A stretch of 64,000 nt of DNA from Massalongia carnosa (GCA_965645245.1 OZ287076.1:2108001-2172000), one strand, 5' to 3'; positions 46,167 to 59,811 are shown, numbered from the stretch's first letter. The notes: generated from the sequence alone by a model not told the origin. Made by a program: numbers and translations.

Positions 46167-49100
46167 TCAACTAGATGAATTCATGTGAAGTTGTCTGATG
46201 AAGGAGAAGAATTTGACGTGGGTAAGCGGTTTGGTCAGTCCGTCCGCTACCATGTGTTCTGTTGAAACATAGGTAAGGTCTATTCGACCCTCTGTGACCT
46301 CATTCCGTATGAAGTGATGCTGAATGTCGATGTGCTTAGTCCTTGAATGTAAGACGGGATTATTGGCCAGTGCTATAGCACTCTGATTATCACCTTTCAA
46401 TTCTATAGCGCCTTCCCTTTCAAGTACATTCACTGTCGGAGTAGCATCATCCTGCATCAGGCCGAGTTCTGTCATCAATAAGCGTATCCATATGGTCTCC
46501 TTAGCAGCTAAGGTGAGTGCCATATATTCGGCTTCTGTGGATGAGAGGGCAACGGTTTTCTGTCTTTTTGAGGCCCAACTGATCGGTCCATTGTTCAGCA
46601 TGAAGACGTATCCGGAGGTGGACTTGCGGTCTTCCTTGTCACCGGCCCAATCAGAATCGGAATAGCCCTGTATAGACAAATCTCCGCCACCAAAGGTAAT
46701 GCCTCTGTTTCTGGTTGCACTGAGATATCTGAGAATCTGCTTGGCTGCCTCCATGTGTGATTTGCCAGGATTTTTGGCATGTCGGCTGACCGCTGAGGTC
46801 GCGTAGGCAATGTCAGGCCTTGTTTCTATCATAGCAAACATGATGGAGCCGACGATTGCTTGATACTGTTTAATGTCTGATTCTGAGGCCTGGGATTCAT
46901 TTCTGAATAGACTGCCTTCTTTCATTGGGGTGGTGGTAGTTTTCACGTTCTGCATATGAAATTTATCCAGGACCTTTTCGATGTAGGTAGATTGAGATAG
47001 TTTGATTGTTCTGTTATCGCGATTTCGTTCTACCTTTAGGCCTAGATAATGACTGATTGAGCCCATGTCCACCATCTTGAACGCAATGTTCAGTTGTTTC
47101 TTGACTTCAGATATCATTGGAGATCCCTTTGGATCTATGATGTTCAGATCATCAACGAAGGAGGTAACAATTGGACCTCTTATTCCTGCCGAAGAAGAGA
47201 AGATACTATGATCTGCGTGAAGTTTGGACAGACCCAGCTTGGTAAGTAGAAATTCGGATAGCCTTTCATACCATAGGCGTGGAGATTGTTTCAGGCCATA
47301 GAGAGCCTTGTTCAGTTTGCAGATCATGCCCGCTTTTTCATATCCTTTGGGCATTTGGACGTAAATCAGTTGATCTATTACCCCATACAAGAATGCTGTG
47401 ACGACATCAAGCTGTTCGATGTCCAAGTCATGATGAGCTGCTATGGCAAACAATAATCGGATGGCCATTGGTTTCACTACGGAGGCATAGGTCTGTTCGA
47501 AATCTACTCCGTACTGCTGGAGATAGCCTTTCACCACCCATCTGGATTTGTACCGTGTGATATTTCCATTGACGTCTCGTTTCAGTTTGTATACCCATTT
47601 TCCACTGAGAGCAGTATGATTGGGCTCCATATCCTCGGTTCTGACAAGAGTCCATGTTTCGTTCTCGAGAAGACTGTTGTGTTCATTGTCCATGGAACGA
47701 CTCCAGCTTTCTGAATGTGGACCTTTCATAGCTTGATGGTATGTCTGAGGTTCAGCTATGTCGAGTTGAGACAGTGCGTCATAGTCTTCCAATCCTGATG
47801 ATCCTTCCTTTTTCCAAGGTTCTGGCAAGAAGAACGAGTGGATCCTCTGTGTCTATGTAGGAGTATGTAGGAGTATGATTGAGTTCATCTAAAGCTGTGT
47901 CTGATAGAAGAGACAATGCGTGTTCTATCTGAGCATGCTTTCTGGGTCTGCCACGTCCACGTTTTGGAATCGTTGTGGGGGATGAAATGACTGTTGATTT
48001 TGATGGAGTGACTATATCGGGAGTCATGATGGCTTCGTATGTAGGAACGTTGGTCTGGTCTTTGGAGATGGCATCTTCGTGAATGCGCAGATCTTTGACC
48101 CTGATGACCCTGTAGTCCTTTTTCAGAAAGACTCGATAGATCGTGCATCCATCGTACCCACACAAGACTCCGCGTTGGGCCCGAGGTAGAAATTTGGCCG
48201 ATTTGCTGTTGGCGCCTTTGCGTTCTTCCTCATGAATGAGGACATACACGGTTGATCCCAACACTCGCAGATGATTCAGAGGAGGTGACTTTGACTCGTA
48301 AATTTCAAATGGGGTCTTTCCGGATCAAGCATTTGTAGGTCTGACGTTTTTTGTGTTAACCATAGCTAAAACCACCTCTGTCCATAGGTAGTCCGGAATG
48401 CCTCCTGCAATGATGGTACATCTAGTCATGTCCATGATAGTTCTGCCTGTTCGTTCAGACACACCGTTTTGTTCCTGTGAATACGGTGCGGAGGGTTCAA
48501 ACGTTATCCCTTCTTTCAAGAACCAATCATCCGATTTCAGACTTCGAAGTTCTGTGCCGAAATCAGTTCGAAAGATGTTTATTGGCTTGCTCTTTCCTGT
48601 CTTGTTCTGAGCTAGACTGTAGTATGTCAACAGATGATCAAACCATTCGCTCTTCTTGATGCCTGTATACACATGAGTGTATCTGCTGGCATCGCAGGTG
48701 AAGGTAAGGAAGTACTGTTCTTCAAGAAGTCCTGCTGGTTTGATGGGTCCTACTAGATCGGAATGAACCCTTTGAAAGATGCCTGTTGCTCTCTCCTGAG
48801 GTGTCCGGTTGTATATCTTAGTGGCCTTTCCGAGTTCACAGGATGAACAGTACCAATCTTTGTTCACGTTGTCTGAGTACGACACATCGAGTCTTTTCAG
48901 AAAAGCTCGGCAGGTGATCAGGTTTAAATGACCAAGACGCGCATGCCATGTTGACAGGTCTGTTATGGCTGACGTGTGGTAGACTGATGTGTTCGGCCAC
49001 TGAAAGGTGCCCTCATCTGTCTGCATAAGATGTGTAGCCACGTCTGGGGCGTCCATGGTCTTTAGTACAAAGTTTGTATTGACTCTTGGCACATAGCCTA

Positions 49101-50406
49101 TGATGTTCTGACTAATCCCGTTGAATAGGGTCCAGTTAACATTGTCATAGTAGATGTTGTTTTGGTTGAGTAGTGCCAGACGGACGAGGTTCACTGGACA
49201 CTGTGGAATGAAAAGAACGTTGTTCAGTATTAACACTGACGAGGGTGAGTCGTCCTGTAGTGCCAACGTTTTCCGGATCATTCCCCTCCCTGGAGACGTG
49301 CCATCTGATGTAGATCCTGCCAGACCTGTGGAGCGTGTTATGTAGTTGATGAACGACGGCCTGTGATTGCATACGTGCATGTCCGCTGCGCTGTCTAGTA
49401 GCCAGGTGTCTCTGTTGAGATGGTTGATGGTCATGACCTTCTGTAGAGTGGTAGTCATGACCACTGTGAGTCAACTGCTCACTGTGGGAGTTGTAGTGAC
49501 TGTGGTGTCTGGAGTTGACGTGGTGACTTCTGGATTGGAGTTCTTTTGTCTCTTGACCCTCCCTGATTCAGCCGTGTCTCCTCTCGCCCGTTTTAGATGG
49601 GGGAATTTCTGGAAACAATCATCTGGCCAATGTCGTGTTCTGTTCCTATTTACACACTCTGGAACGGTGCAACTTCCGATAGGTGCTCTACCTCTGTTGC
49701 AAGCGCCAGTGTGAAAAGCCTTGACAGTTAGGTTTCGTGCATAGGCTATGAGGATTTTTGTTGTTTCCGAAAGGTTTGTGGTGTCGTGCGTCTAGTCCCT
49801 GCGGAGTTGTGCAATGAGCGGGTCATACTTGTCTGTGCAGTTACCCAGCAGCATTCCCTGAAGTACAAACTCTATGGAGTCGACGTTCACCTTGACCTCT
49901 TCGATCAACATGCCCTTGATCTGATTGAAGGCACCGTCATACTCTGAACAGTATTGACTGACTGTGTCGAAGTCTCTCATATTTTTCGTACTAACCCTCA
50001 AGATGACATCCGTGATGCTCATTGGTGCCACGTCCTGGAACCTATTCTTCAGAATGGCCCACATCTCGGCAGCGGTCTTGTTATTGATGAGGTTGTAGTG
50101 ACATGGTGCAACCAGTCCATGGATGATTCCAATAGCCTTGGTCATCTCGGTTTTCTGTCTGTTCTTATCATCCCGAAGTTCTTTGACGAGGATGCTGGTA
50201 GTAAGACTGGCCGGAGTAAACCCTGATACGATGAGGCTCTCTCTGATGGAGTCCAATGAGATCTCTGGTTGGGTTTCCAGAATGGCTGTGTCACAGTTAT
50301 TCTTCAGCAGAATACCTCTGGTGTAACTAGCCCATGCTGAGTAGTGTTCCGAGTTCTCTAGAAGGTGAGGCTTTTCTGTGGAACTGTTGATTTCAGGAAG
50401 AGACAT
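46167..50406 (-). pseudogene. Copia gag-pol broken into ORFs 50406-49792, 49464-48325, 48264-47779, 47828-46167
   Basis: KWVYKLK, YKSRWVVKG, LYGLKQSPRLW, FVDD, GYSDSDWAG, SSTEAEY, RTKHIDIQHH; stop at ~49792 and frameshifts. Confidence 0.9.
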
Positions 50407-50839
50407 GATGAAGTCAGATGAAGAGAGTCAGATGAAGATGAAGAAGAGGTCTCTAGTAAACTTCTGTAGATTGAAAGGTATCTAAGTTTCTGAGATTGGT
50501 GCAGGAGTAGGATGTGCACTGGAATGAATGGAGGAGATGGGAATATGTGATCTAGTTATAGACAAAACATTTCCCTTCCTTTGTCATCAAACTGTGATGT
50601 TCCTTTCTTTGCCACAACGCTTGTACCCTCATGAAAGAACTCTCTTCAGATGGTGAAACTTTCACTTGGTGGTATGGAGATAGGGGGCTGTCGGAACCAC
50701 GGTCCGACCGTTCCATTTAATAGGCCGGGCCTGTTAAATGGAATAAGGTTTTTTCCGGATTGAATTTCTCGATTGAGGCGTTCTGCTTAATTGAAGTCTG
50801 ATTACTCCATCTGTATACGCGTAGACTAGTCAGAAAGTC

Positions 50840-51555
50840 TGTTAATGAATGATGCAGCAAGGATCAAACCTTGGAACTGAATTTCCTAAGTCTGTCTCTG
50901 GATCAAAGTATGTTGAGTGGTGATGCAGCAAAAGTCAGAATGAAGTCTGCCCTTGGGTCAACGTCAGTCATTTGATGATTCAGCAGAAATCGGACCCTGA
51001 AAGATAGTTTAGATGGTCGGTCTCTGGGTCAAAGTAAGTTGAGTGGTGATGCAGCAAAAGTCAGAATGAAGTCTGCCTTTGGGTCAACGTCAGTCAATTG
51101 ATGATTCAGCAGAAATCAGAGTTTCATAAGTGGTCAAGGCCGCGCTGCGCGGTTTTTGAACAAACCTCAGTGAAAAGGTCTGTTCCTGGATCAAAGTCAA
51201 ATGAATGATGATGCAGCAGAGGTCAATCGTTGGAACTAGTCCACTGGAGTTCTGTCTCTGGGTCAAAGTCAAATGAATGATGATGCAGCAGAGGTCAATC
51301 GTTGGAACTGGTCCACTAGAGTTCTGTCTCTGGGTCAAAGTCAAATGAATGATGATGCAGCAGAGGTCACTCATTGGAACTGGTCCACTGGAGTCTGTCT
51401 CTGGGTCAATGTCAAATGAGTGATGATGCAGCAGAGGTCAAACCTTGGAGCTAGTCCACTGGAGTCTGCCTCTGGGTCAAAAGTCAAATGGATGGTGATG
51501 CAGCAGAGGTCAAACAATGGAATTGGTCCACTGGAGTCTGCCTCTGGGTCAACGT
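50840..51555. repeat. ~72-bp tandem array (about 5 good units 51179-51555 plus degenerate units) in the Copia leader
   Basis: Unit TCTGTCTCTGGGTCAAAGTCAAATGAATGATGATGCAGCAGAGGTCAATCGTTGGAACTGGTCCACTGGAGT; starts at 51251 and 51323 give period 72. Confidence 0.9.
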
Positions 51556-54500
51556 CATCCTCCGGAGTGCCTCTCAGATATTCGGGCATGAGAGCATTCT
51601 GATGGTCTGATATAAAGAGAATGTCTTCTGATGCTTGTAGTCTGGCAAAGAGCCTCTCTGCTTATGATGTAGACGATTTCCATGCTCTTTCTGATAACCC
51701 TTTGTAGGTAGGGAACGCTGGATCAGGTGGCGTTGTTGTTAAACGTCTCTATTTGATTGAGAGGTTGTCATGATGTGCTTTCACGAAGCTGTTCAACTAG
51801 CTAGACTTGCGGGTGCGAATCCCGCCTGATTCAGGTCTGTAAACAAGTAAAGATTTAGTCTTTGCATTGTCCGTCTAGTTCTTTTCGAGAAAGGATAATG
51901 ATGCTCAGCTAATGATTTTGCATCGTGATGCTGCGGATAAGAATTGCTTCGATTCCTGTATGATCGATAGCGCCCTTCCGGGCTCATAACCTGTTGAATA
52001 GGTCTATGACTATGGCTATATGACTATGTAAAGATAGGGGCCTGTATGACCATGATGTTAAGGATGCAGAGTTGCTACGGAGTGCAGAGCAATCTGTTCC
52101 CTTTATATTGGTCACCTCTGCTAAGCGAGATGATAATAGTTTATCCGAGCCTCTATGCGATTAGATTAGATCTGATCTTATCTAATCTATCGGCTAGGCA
52201 ATGCTGGTACCAACCGATGAGGATTGATTTTGATTTGCCTCCACGATACGATATTCCGTGCAGATGCTAGTTGTATCATTGCGTCATTGATGTTATCCCC
52301 ATACCTTTCTCCCTAATTAATCCCCGCTGATTTTTCGATTGCCCGCCTTTTGTGATCTCGTGAAGAATGGTTTTCGACCCCACCATAAGTTTCGCTGAGA
52401 TGTTTCGGAGAGCAGCTCACAGGAAGACCACAGAAGAGCAGGATGAGGAGGCGGATGAGGGGGAGAATGCTCAACAATGACAAGAATCTGGGCCGGAAGA
52501 GGAGATCGAGAAGGCAGTTGACAATAATACTGAGGATAGATTACGTCGCGGGGGTGTTTATTTGCTGCATGCGGCCGCACATCAATCTATTGATTTCCAT
52601 AAATCAATAGAAAATGTGCATAGAAGGGAGGGATACGCTCGTGAATTCGCCAAATTCACTGCTATTTTCAATAAAAAATGGCAGGATAAGGAGCTGGGGA
52701 GGCCACTTATCCCTACAACTTTCTCCGACGAAATCCGACCGAAGGACAACCTCATGTATAAAAAGAGTGGGAGTCGCCGGCGGGCTTACACTGGCCGTGA
52801 GGCAGCTGAGGCAGATGAAGCTAAGCAGCGACGTGCTAAACGTAAGGACTCGATTGAAGAAGTAAGGAGAGGAAGGCATGAGGATGAATTGCGGGCAGGT
52901 GATGAAGACAAGGATATGATTAATGTTAAAAAACCCATGATATTAGCAAATCGATCGATGCAGCGCGGCTAATATTCGGTATAGATTCCGGAGATGCTAT
53001 CATCGTATTTGACGACGATGACCTGCAATATATAGCAACTCAGCCTACCCCCGATCCTCCACTCCCTCTGAGTGAGAATATGATTTTATCCCTCCATCCT
53101 CGGCATCTTCTTCCGATTCATTTGAAGATATTGATGACGTGCTGGCGAAACATAGCCAAAAGGCTCTTTCCCAAACAATTCCCTCTTCAAAAGCTCCTTC
53201 CCTTTATAGCCTAAGTCAGAAAAACATCCGCGCTAGCCAGACACCATCCACATCGTCTGCAACAACAACACGAGGGTCACGGAGTGTGGTAGCCAAAAAA
53301 ATTGAAGGCTCAGTTGGAGTTGGAGTCTCAGCAGAGGGCCGACCAAGCGGCCAAACAAGCAAGGGCTGAGGAGAGGAAAAACGCAGCTGCAAGAAAGCTT
53401 ACTAAGACTATGAAGCCTAGAAAGGATAATGTTTCGCAATTGAGTGATGCATTTTCGGAATTGAGATCATCGCAATGAGTGGTAGGAGTAGTAGTAATAG
53501 TAGTAGTATGAATAGATGAGAATTTTGTTGGAACTGTGACTGCAACAGGCGGAATGGTAGCACTGGGCAATTGATATGACTAGTTCGACAAACGAGTTCT
53601 TGCACATGCAAAACAAACTGGGAGAAACGATTGACTTTCTACCACTACGTAGGGTAAAACTGCTCCTAATTATGCCCGTCCACCAGCGATTCCAGAAGCT
53701 TCCATTTCCATCTCATCGGTTCCCGCTTCCGATGCGATTTCTGACTTCATACAAATTTGCCACCGCCACAAGCCTTTCCTTGACGAGGTAGATGCAAATT
53801 GCTTTGTCAGCTGGTTTCGGTACTTTGCATCGATTGCCGTTTTAACAGATTTTTCAGAATGCAAGGCTAAGCTAAATCAGCTAGAGGAAGCTTGCGGAGA
53901 GACGGTGGACGTGCACATATTTAGTATGGGGAGGTGGCTTGTAAATTTGCAATGATTTTCGCTGGGGGGATGGGGGGGGGACTGTCCCGAGTCTTCTCGT
54001 GCAATTCTCACTACGTAGCGGGCACCTTGAGTGAAGGCTTCTCGATGACGCGAGGACATTTGCGAAAGGACGCTGGACGAAGCATCCGGCGAACTGGGGC
54101 CTATTTCCAACCGCGGGATTATCAGTGGCGACGCAAGGCCTTCGACATCAAGGAATCCACTGACTGACGACAATACCATGGTGCTTTACGCCAAGAGCAT
54201 CTCGGACATTCTAGTGACAAATCATGGAGGAGCATCCGGCGACAGAGGGGCGGTAGTTAGTGATCATGACATCGATAATATCTGCATAGAAGAAGAGTTC
54301 AGGAACGGTTTTGATCATCTTGAACTCACAGTCTATCGCGCAAACACTGGTCAGAAAGTATGATGTTGGGATCGGATGCATCCTACTGCAAAGCATTTGA
54401 ATCCAGAAAACGAGGTTCTGGGTGTACATTCGGTCAAATAGTTTTCAGTAAACGTTGATTTAAAACTATTTCAAGCTCTTTTGCAGTATGCCGTCTATTC

Positions 54501-54889
54501 AATCCTCTTCAGTCTAGTATCCGCCGAAGAATTTAAATCATATAAAAAATAAAAAAAGTGAAAAAAGATCAAGTCCCGACTTCTCTGCTCATCGATCCAT
54601 TTTGGTTAACAAACTTCCACAGCCTTGGTAAGAAATGTGACATATTCAAGATTCTTCAATATATGTAAAGTCTTTCACGCTTAATGTTAATCTAATACAT
54701 CTCAAATTGTCTTTTTGGAATTCGTCAGCCGTAATGAGAGTTTATCCGACCTTATCTACGATGTATGCAAGTCTGACACGATCGCAAAGTGCTGCCGAAC
54801 TCGGTATTACGAGTACATACGTTCAACAGCCTTTCACTTCCCATGCAGTCCTCGCGTCAAATAGGCCTCTTCTGTCAATATTGGAGGGA

Positions 54890-55078
54890 GAATTGATCAC
54901 CTTGGTGCATGATACGAATATTTAGAAGGGATAGTTCATTTGTTTACTATCTGCAGAGATTTTACCTGAACTCCTAAAATTCAAGCTAGCCTAATTGGGT
55001 AACTAATCGCAGTCGCCTGACCCAATCTTGTTAGGCTAAAACAGGCTAACACAGGCTAACACAGGCTAACATCAACAG
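54890..55078 (+). promoter_or_regulatory. Dispersed repeat immediately upstream of the second NLR start codon (copy of 6563-6737), with ACAGGCTAAC x3
   Basis: Sequence similarity is direct; regulatory role is inferred from position only. Confidence 0.45.
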
Positions 55079-55101
55079 TCAACATTGCTCAGCAGTTCAT
55101 C

Positions 55102-58100
55102 ATGGATCCCATTACAGGCATCGGTCTTGCGGCATCAGTCGTACAGCTCGTACAGTTCGGTATCAGCGCTGCTGAAATCTGTCTACAGATCTATCGGCAA
55201 GGCTTTACGAGCGAAAATATTGATGCAGACTACGTAGCAGGTCAACTAGCTAGCCTCACCAGCTCACTCCAGCAGTCACTGTATCATTCACGGACGAAAT
55301 CCGATGCGCTATCGAAGGAAGAAAAGGACCTTGTAGACCTTGGACGTAAATGCGAGGATTGCGCCAATAAACTACAGTATGAACTTCGCAAGTTACGAGC
55401 GCGACCGCAGGCATCAGCTCTAGAAACTGCGCGTATAGCTGCTCGCTCAATCTTGAAAAAGAGTAGCATCATGAAGATACAAGAGCAATTGGGTACCTAT
55501 ACAAAGACGTTAGAGACCTCATTACTCTGTCGACTCAGGTGAGATTTTCTGCTCGTTCCTGTCATTAGTTGCTCTCTTTGTGGTGGACTTGGATGCCTTT
55601 TGCTCTGGATCTCGACTGCCAGCACTTTCTTATTTGCGGCGATCGGCCCTATTGTACAAAGAGTCCGTTGCCGCCTACTTTGGCTTGATGGGCACTTCTA
55701 CATGACCCCTTACAAATGGATAGCACGCTCGTCATAACGAAAGAAATTGGTTGGGAAAAATGTGTCGGGTCGCTATAGAGTACTTTTGGCATACTGTAAA
55801 CGGCACTCCATCAAACAACAAGCGACAATGAACTTTTACTATGCCAGAGAAGTCAAGAGAATATCTCTCCATTCAATTCACTCTTCCCCTTGAGACTTGC
55901 ACACGAGAGCCTTTCATGGATTTGACTTATTGTCCCATGAAAGAATCATTGAAGATAGGTGTATTACCACGATTTTGGTGTGTAAATGCGCTCAGGGACA
56001 AGCAAATTCCTTTGCATACTTCCCATCCATTGGCGGAAGTGCTTATGAATGGGTCTATCAAGCCTTTAAAATTTTTTAAGATCAGCAAAGACTAGATCTC
56101 AGCACTATCGGAACCCTTCTGATGTTATCAATTCTCTTCAAACAATGTTCTTCACCAATTTAGATATTTAAAAATAACCTAGAGCCATTACTGACCTGAG
56201 CTTCTAGCAAACGATTTGACGTTCAAAGCTTGAGCGCCAATGAACGCTTTATCGATCTAGATCAAAGTCTAAAGCACATTATCACATGTCTCGCTAGATC
56301 GCAAACAGATCTCTCCACACTTGTCGTGCAGGAGTCAGAGCAAACTCGTCAATCTATCACTGCAGGATTCGATCGTCTAGTGCAGCTTCACATAAATGAG
56401 CGCTTGTATCAAGATGTCATCAGAAGCCTATTCTACCCCGACATAACTTCCCGTCAAGCACAAATCGAGAAGGAATTTGACGGGATAGAAGATAGTTATA
56501 CTTTGACGAGTTTCAAGAGAAACAACGTTGGAGCAACTTTTCAGAATGGCTGAGATCTGGGAATGCAGTTTACTGGATCAACGGCAAGGCTGGCTCGGGC
56601 AAGTCGACTCTTATGAATTACATTTGTAATCATAATCGAAAAGATGAGCTTCTCAAACAGTGGAGTGCCGAAAGGCGGCTACTGACTCCCACATTCTTTT
56701 TCTGGAATGCGGGTACTCGCCAGCAAAAGACTGTAGATGGCCTCCTCCGATCAATAATCTATCAAATGCTGGAGGAGTGTTCCGAGCTGATTGCTTGCTT
56801 CAAGGTGAGCTAGATATCTCGCATCTAAAGCCCTTATAGTGCCTCTCTAATTACAACGTAGAACGAGCCGTTGCACAGTTGGAATGAGACGCGTCTCTTA
56901 AACGAATTTGTCACTCTATTGACCCAGGAAAAAATCCCGCTTGCTATCTGTATGTTCATTGACGGTCTAGACGAGTTTGATGGACGATACAATGCTGTTA
57001 TCGAGGCAGTCAACAGCCTGGCCAACCAAGCCCATGTTAAGATCTGTCTATCTAGCAGGCCGCTATTGGATTTCGAGAAAGCTTTCGCCGACAAGCCAGG
57101 TTTGAGGTTACAGGATATGACATCCGACAGCATTAATGCGTACGCTCATGGTCAGCTCATGGACTTGATCCAGCAGCGATTCTCAAGCGACTCGAATAAC
57201 CAGGAAAAAGCCAACGATTTATTACACAAGATAGTGAGGCGGGCGGAAGGGGTGTTCCTTTGGGTTGTCATTGCCATCAGGGATGTTCGCGATGGCTTGC
57301 AGGGTTTTGCCGACTTGCACGAGCTTGCACGAGCGATAGAAGAGCTCCCTGCTGGAGTAGACAGTCTTTACATAAAGATGCTCGATCGGATAAAGCCTGC
57401 ATATCGACGAGAAGCTGCAAGACTCATCCAGATTGTTCTATGTCAGCAGTTTCCGGTTCCAAATTCGTCTAGTCTAGATCTCTATAAGCTATACTTTATA
57501 GATTCACAGCGAGTAGTCGAAGATTTACCTTTAGCCTATGATGGAATTGATGCGCATGAGATAGTTAAAGCTTGTCATGATCTAAAGATCCGATTGCTCT
57601 CTCACACTGTAGGACTGTTGGACCTTACGCCATCCGAAGAGATTGATGAGTCGAATCCTTCAGAAAGAAAATTATCCGTATTTTGGGAAAGAAAATTATG
57701 ACCAGATCGGATTCACTACAGTTCAAGTCCATCATAGAACTGTCCGAGATTTTCTCTTACACAACGCAGCAGCAAAAGTATTTATGGCTAATACAGGGAT
57801 TTTGGAGCAACATCTATGCCTTTCTATTGCCCGAGGGACATTTGCTCACCTGGTTTATTTTTCCCAGAAAGACGGCGAGCCTCTCGAGCGTTTTAGTTTC
57901 ATGTTCTCAGTATACTTGCCCCTGCAATATGTAATGCTCCAAGTATCGATAATAGAAGAATTGGTTGGCGCTGCTCAAGCGAAGTTTATGCGATCGTTGC
58001 ATGCCTATTCCTTCATACCGAAGCACCGCATCACAGCGGACACAAAACTCCAAGGGCAGAGCTCGACGTTAGACCTTTTTGTAACTCATCGTTTGCGTGA

Positions 58101-59235
58101 GGGCTTGATTGATCTAATCGGTATGGCTGCACACTTTGGAGTGGTGCGATATGTTTGCGAAGTGCTCGATCTCCCACTTGTCGAGCCTGCAAGTTTCTGT
58201 GGCCTTCGGGAATTACATGCTAACGATGGAACCGTCGTTCAGAGCCTATCGTGGGTTCCTTCTACCAATCATCAATTGCACCCTTCCGGCTACCACAAAC
58301 AGCTTAACGAACATCTCAAGTGGAAAGAAAATGACCAAGTAGCCGAGCAGACAGAGATCCAAGTGGATTCCAATGCGCTAGCCGAGACGTATCTGCTTGC
58401 TTGTTGTCATCCACTTAACATGCAAATCAACCCTGCAGCTAACCTCACTTTTGTCCGAGTCCTCCTAAAGGCATGCGCGAATCCCATGGTGCAAGTCAAG
58501 CCGGCCGAGGGCTTGTTCGGACTAGCAGACTTTCCCTACCGTTCTTGTTTCTGGGGCAAGTGGCTGGATTTCTTAATGTTTCTCACATGGAAGGACTCTA
58601 AATTTCTTTCAGCCAGACTCAACTCGGTCAATTACATTGGTCCGCTTCTCGACCCTTTACTGCGCACCCTGTTTGGAATCCACTGCTCAACTCATCTTGA
58701 TCACAACGATCATCGAGTAACTTTAGATGATATTTGGAAAACCACTAAAGCCTTAATCGCTCAAGGTGCAAACATCAATTTCCGGTACATGATCGACCTA
58801 TCTAACCAACCAACGTTTAATGTTGCACAATTCCAGGTGAAGATGTACAATATTGAGTTTAGCTGCTCGGCGATGTTTTGGCTCGAGGATCTTTTCAATG
58901 GGTTTCCCGAATTTCAAGATTTCGCTGCGGCGATAGAGTCCAAGGTCATGAGGCCGTCAAGAAAGATCGTCTGTATTGTTTACCCTTTCAAGCAATATAA
59001 CCATTCTCAGGAGCCAGCTAGAGCTTACCTCAATAACGAGGAGTCAGAGATGCTGTGGCCATTCATCGAAAAATGGGAAAAGACTTTATATCATGATGAT
59101 TTTGATGTGCTTCAGTCAGCGCTAAGACAAGTCTGGAGAGCCCACAAGCCTAATATCAAGCTACCGGGTGAATCAGAGGAGGATACGGATGAAGAGTTGG
59201 ACGAGGAGTTGAATGAGGAGGTGAATAAAAGGTAG
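55102..59235 (+). pseudogene. Fungal NLR-like NACHT gene (HeLo-like/SesA-type N-terminus), two apparent frameshifts (~56500, ~57660-57700); introns 55539-56207 and 56805-56861
   Basis: MDPITGIGLAASVVQLVQF; YWINGKAGSGKSTLM; FFFWNAG; CMFIDGLDEFDG; KICLSSRP; AEGVFLWV; HRTVRDFL; both introns GT-AG and frame-preserving; no C-terminal repeats recognised. Confidence 0.85.
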
Positions 59236-59811
59236 TGAAAACTCCTTGGACTTTGTCCTCATCAGAAACGCCTGCGAGAGTTGGTTATGAAGAAAATTAT
59301 TGGAGAATTGTTCTCACAATCGACAGAATCGAAGAAATCATTGAGAAGTAGAGCTGAGTATCAATTTATTGAACCATCAAATATTCTTCCAGGACATCTA
59401 GTATTAGTGACTTGAGAAGATGAATGCACCTGCGCTTCGACACCTGTTAAAAGTTGATGTTTGGGCTTGAAGGTCAAATCAGAATGTGTCAGACAGTTTG
59501 TGACTGCCCGCTTAGACCTAGCGTACATTGTGAAGTTGGTAAAGCCTCTGCAGATAGTAAACAAATAAGCTATTACTTTCAGATATTCATATCATGAATC
59601 AAGATAATCAATTCTCGAATTCAGTAAATTATAAAAATTCGAATGTGCATACTTCATAATAATAATATAATTAATTAAATCTCGAGAATTTTAATCGAAA
59701 CAATTAATTAATCAATTAAGTTTTTCTGCGATTTCAATGATAATTGACTAATCTTACTTCGGGTTTTTATAACGATAAAAACGTATCAATTTCGATCGAT
59801 ATGAATCAACA

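Larger units (their letters stand above)
45869..52209 (-). mobile_element. Near full-length Ty1/Copia retrotransposon with disrupted gag-pol
   Basis: LTRs 45869-46104 and 51992-52209, TSD CCAAC (45864-68 / 52210-14), PBS GGTTATGAGCCC, PPT GAGGGAGGG; gag 50406-49792, WLLDSAAD protease, WHARLGH, integrase QNGVSER, RT/RNase H. Confidence 0.93.
45490..53420 (+). pseudogene. Mutator/MULE-like transposase C-terminal relic split by the Copia element
   Basis: Left: NLDAQSP*RVKGLHPLVK..FKDLIGLITHHAIDLI; right of the Copia: LPPRYDIPCRC*LYHC..IPFSLINPR*; basic low-complexity tail; many stops. Confidence 0.5.

Noticed and set aside
53870..54363. Possible protease-like gene relic (GGASGDRGAVV)
   Set aside because: Fragmented short ORFs; a single weak motif is insufficient.
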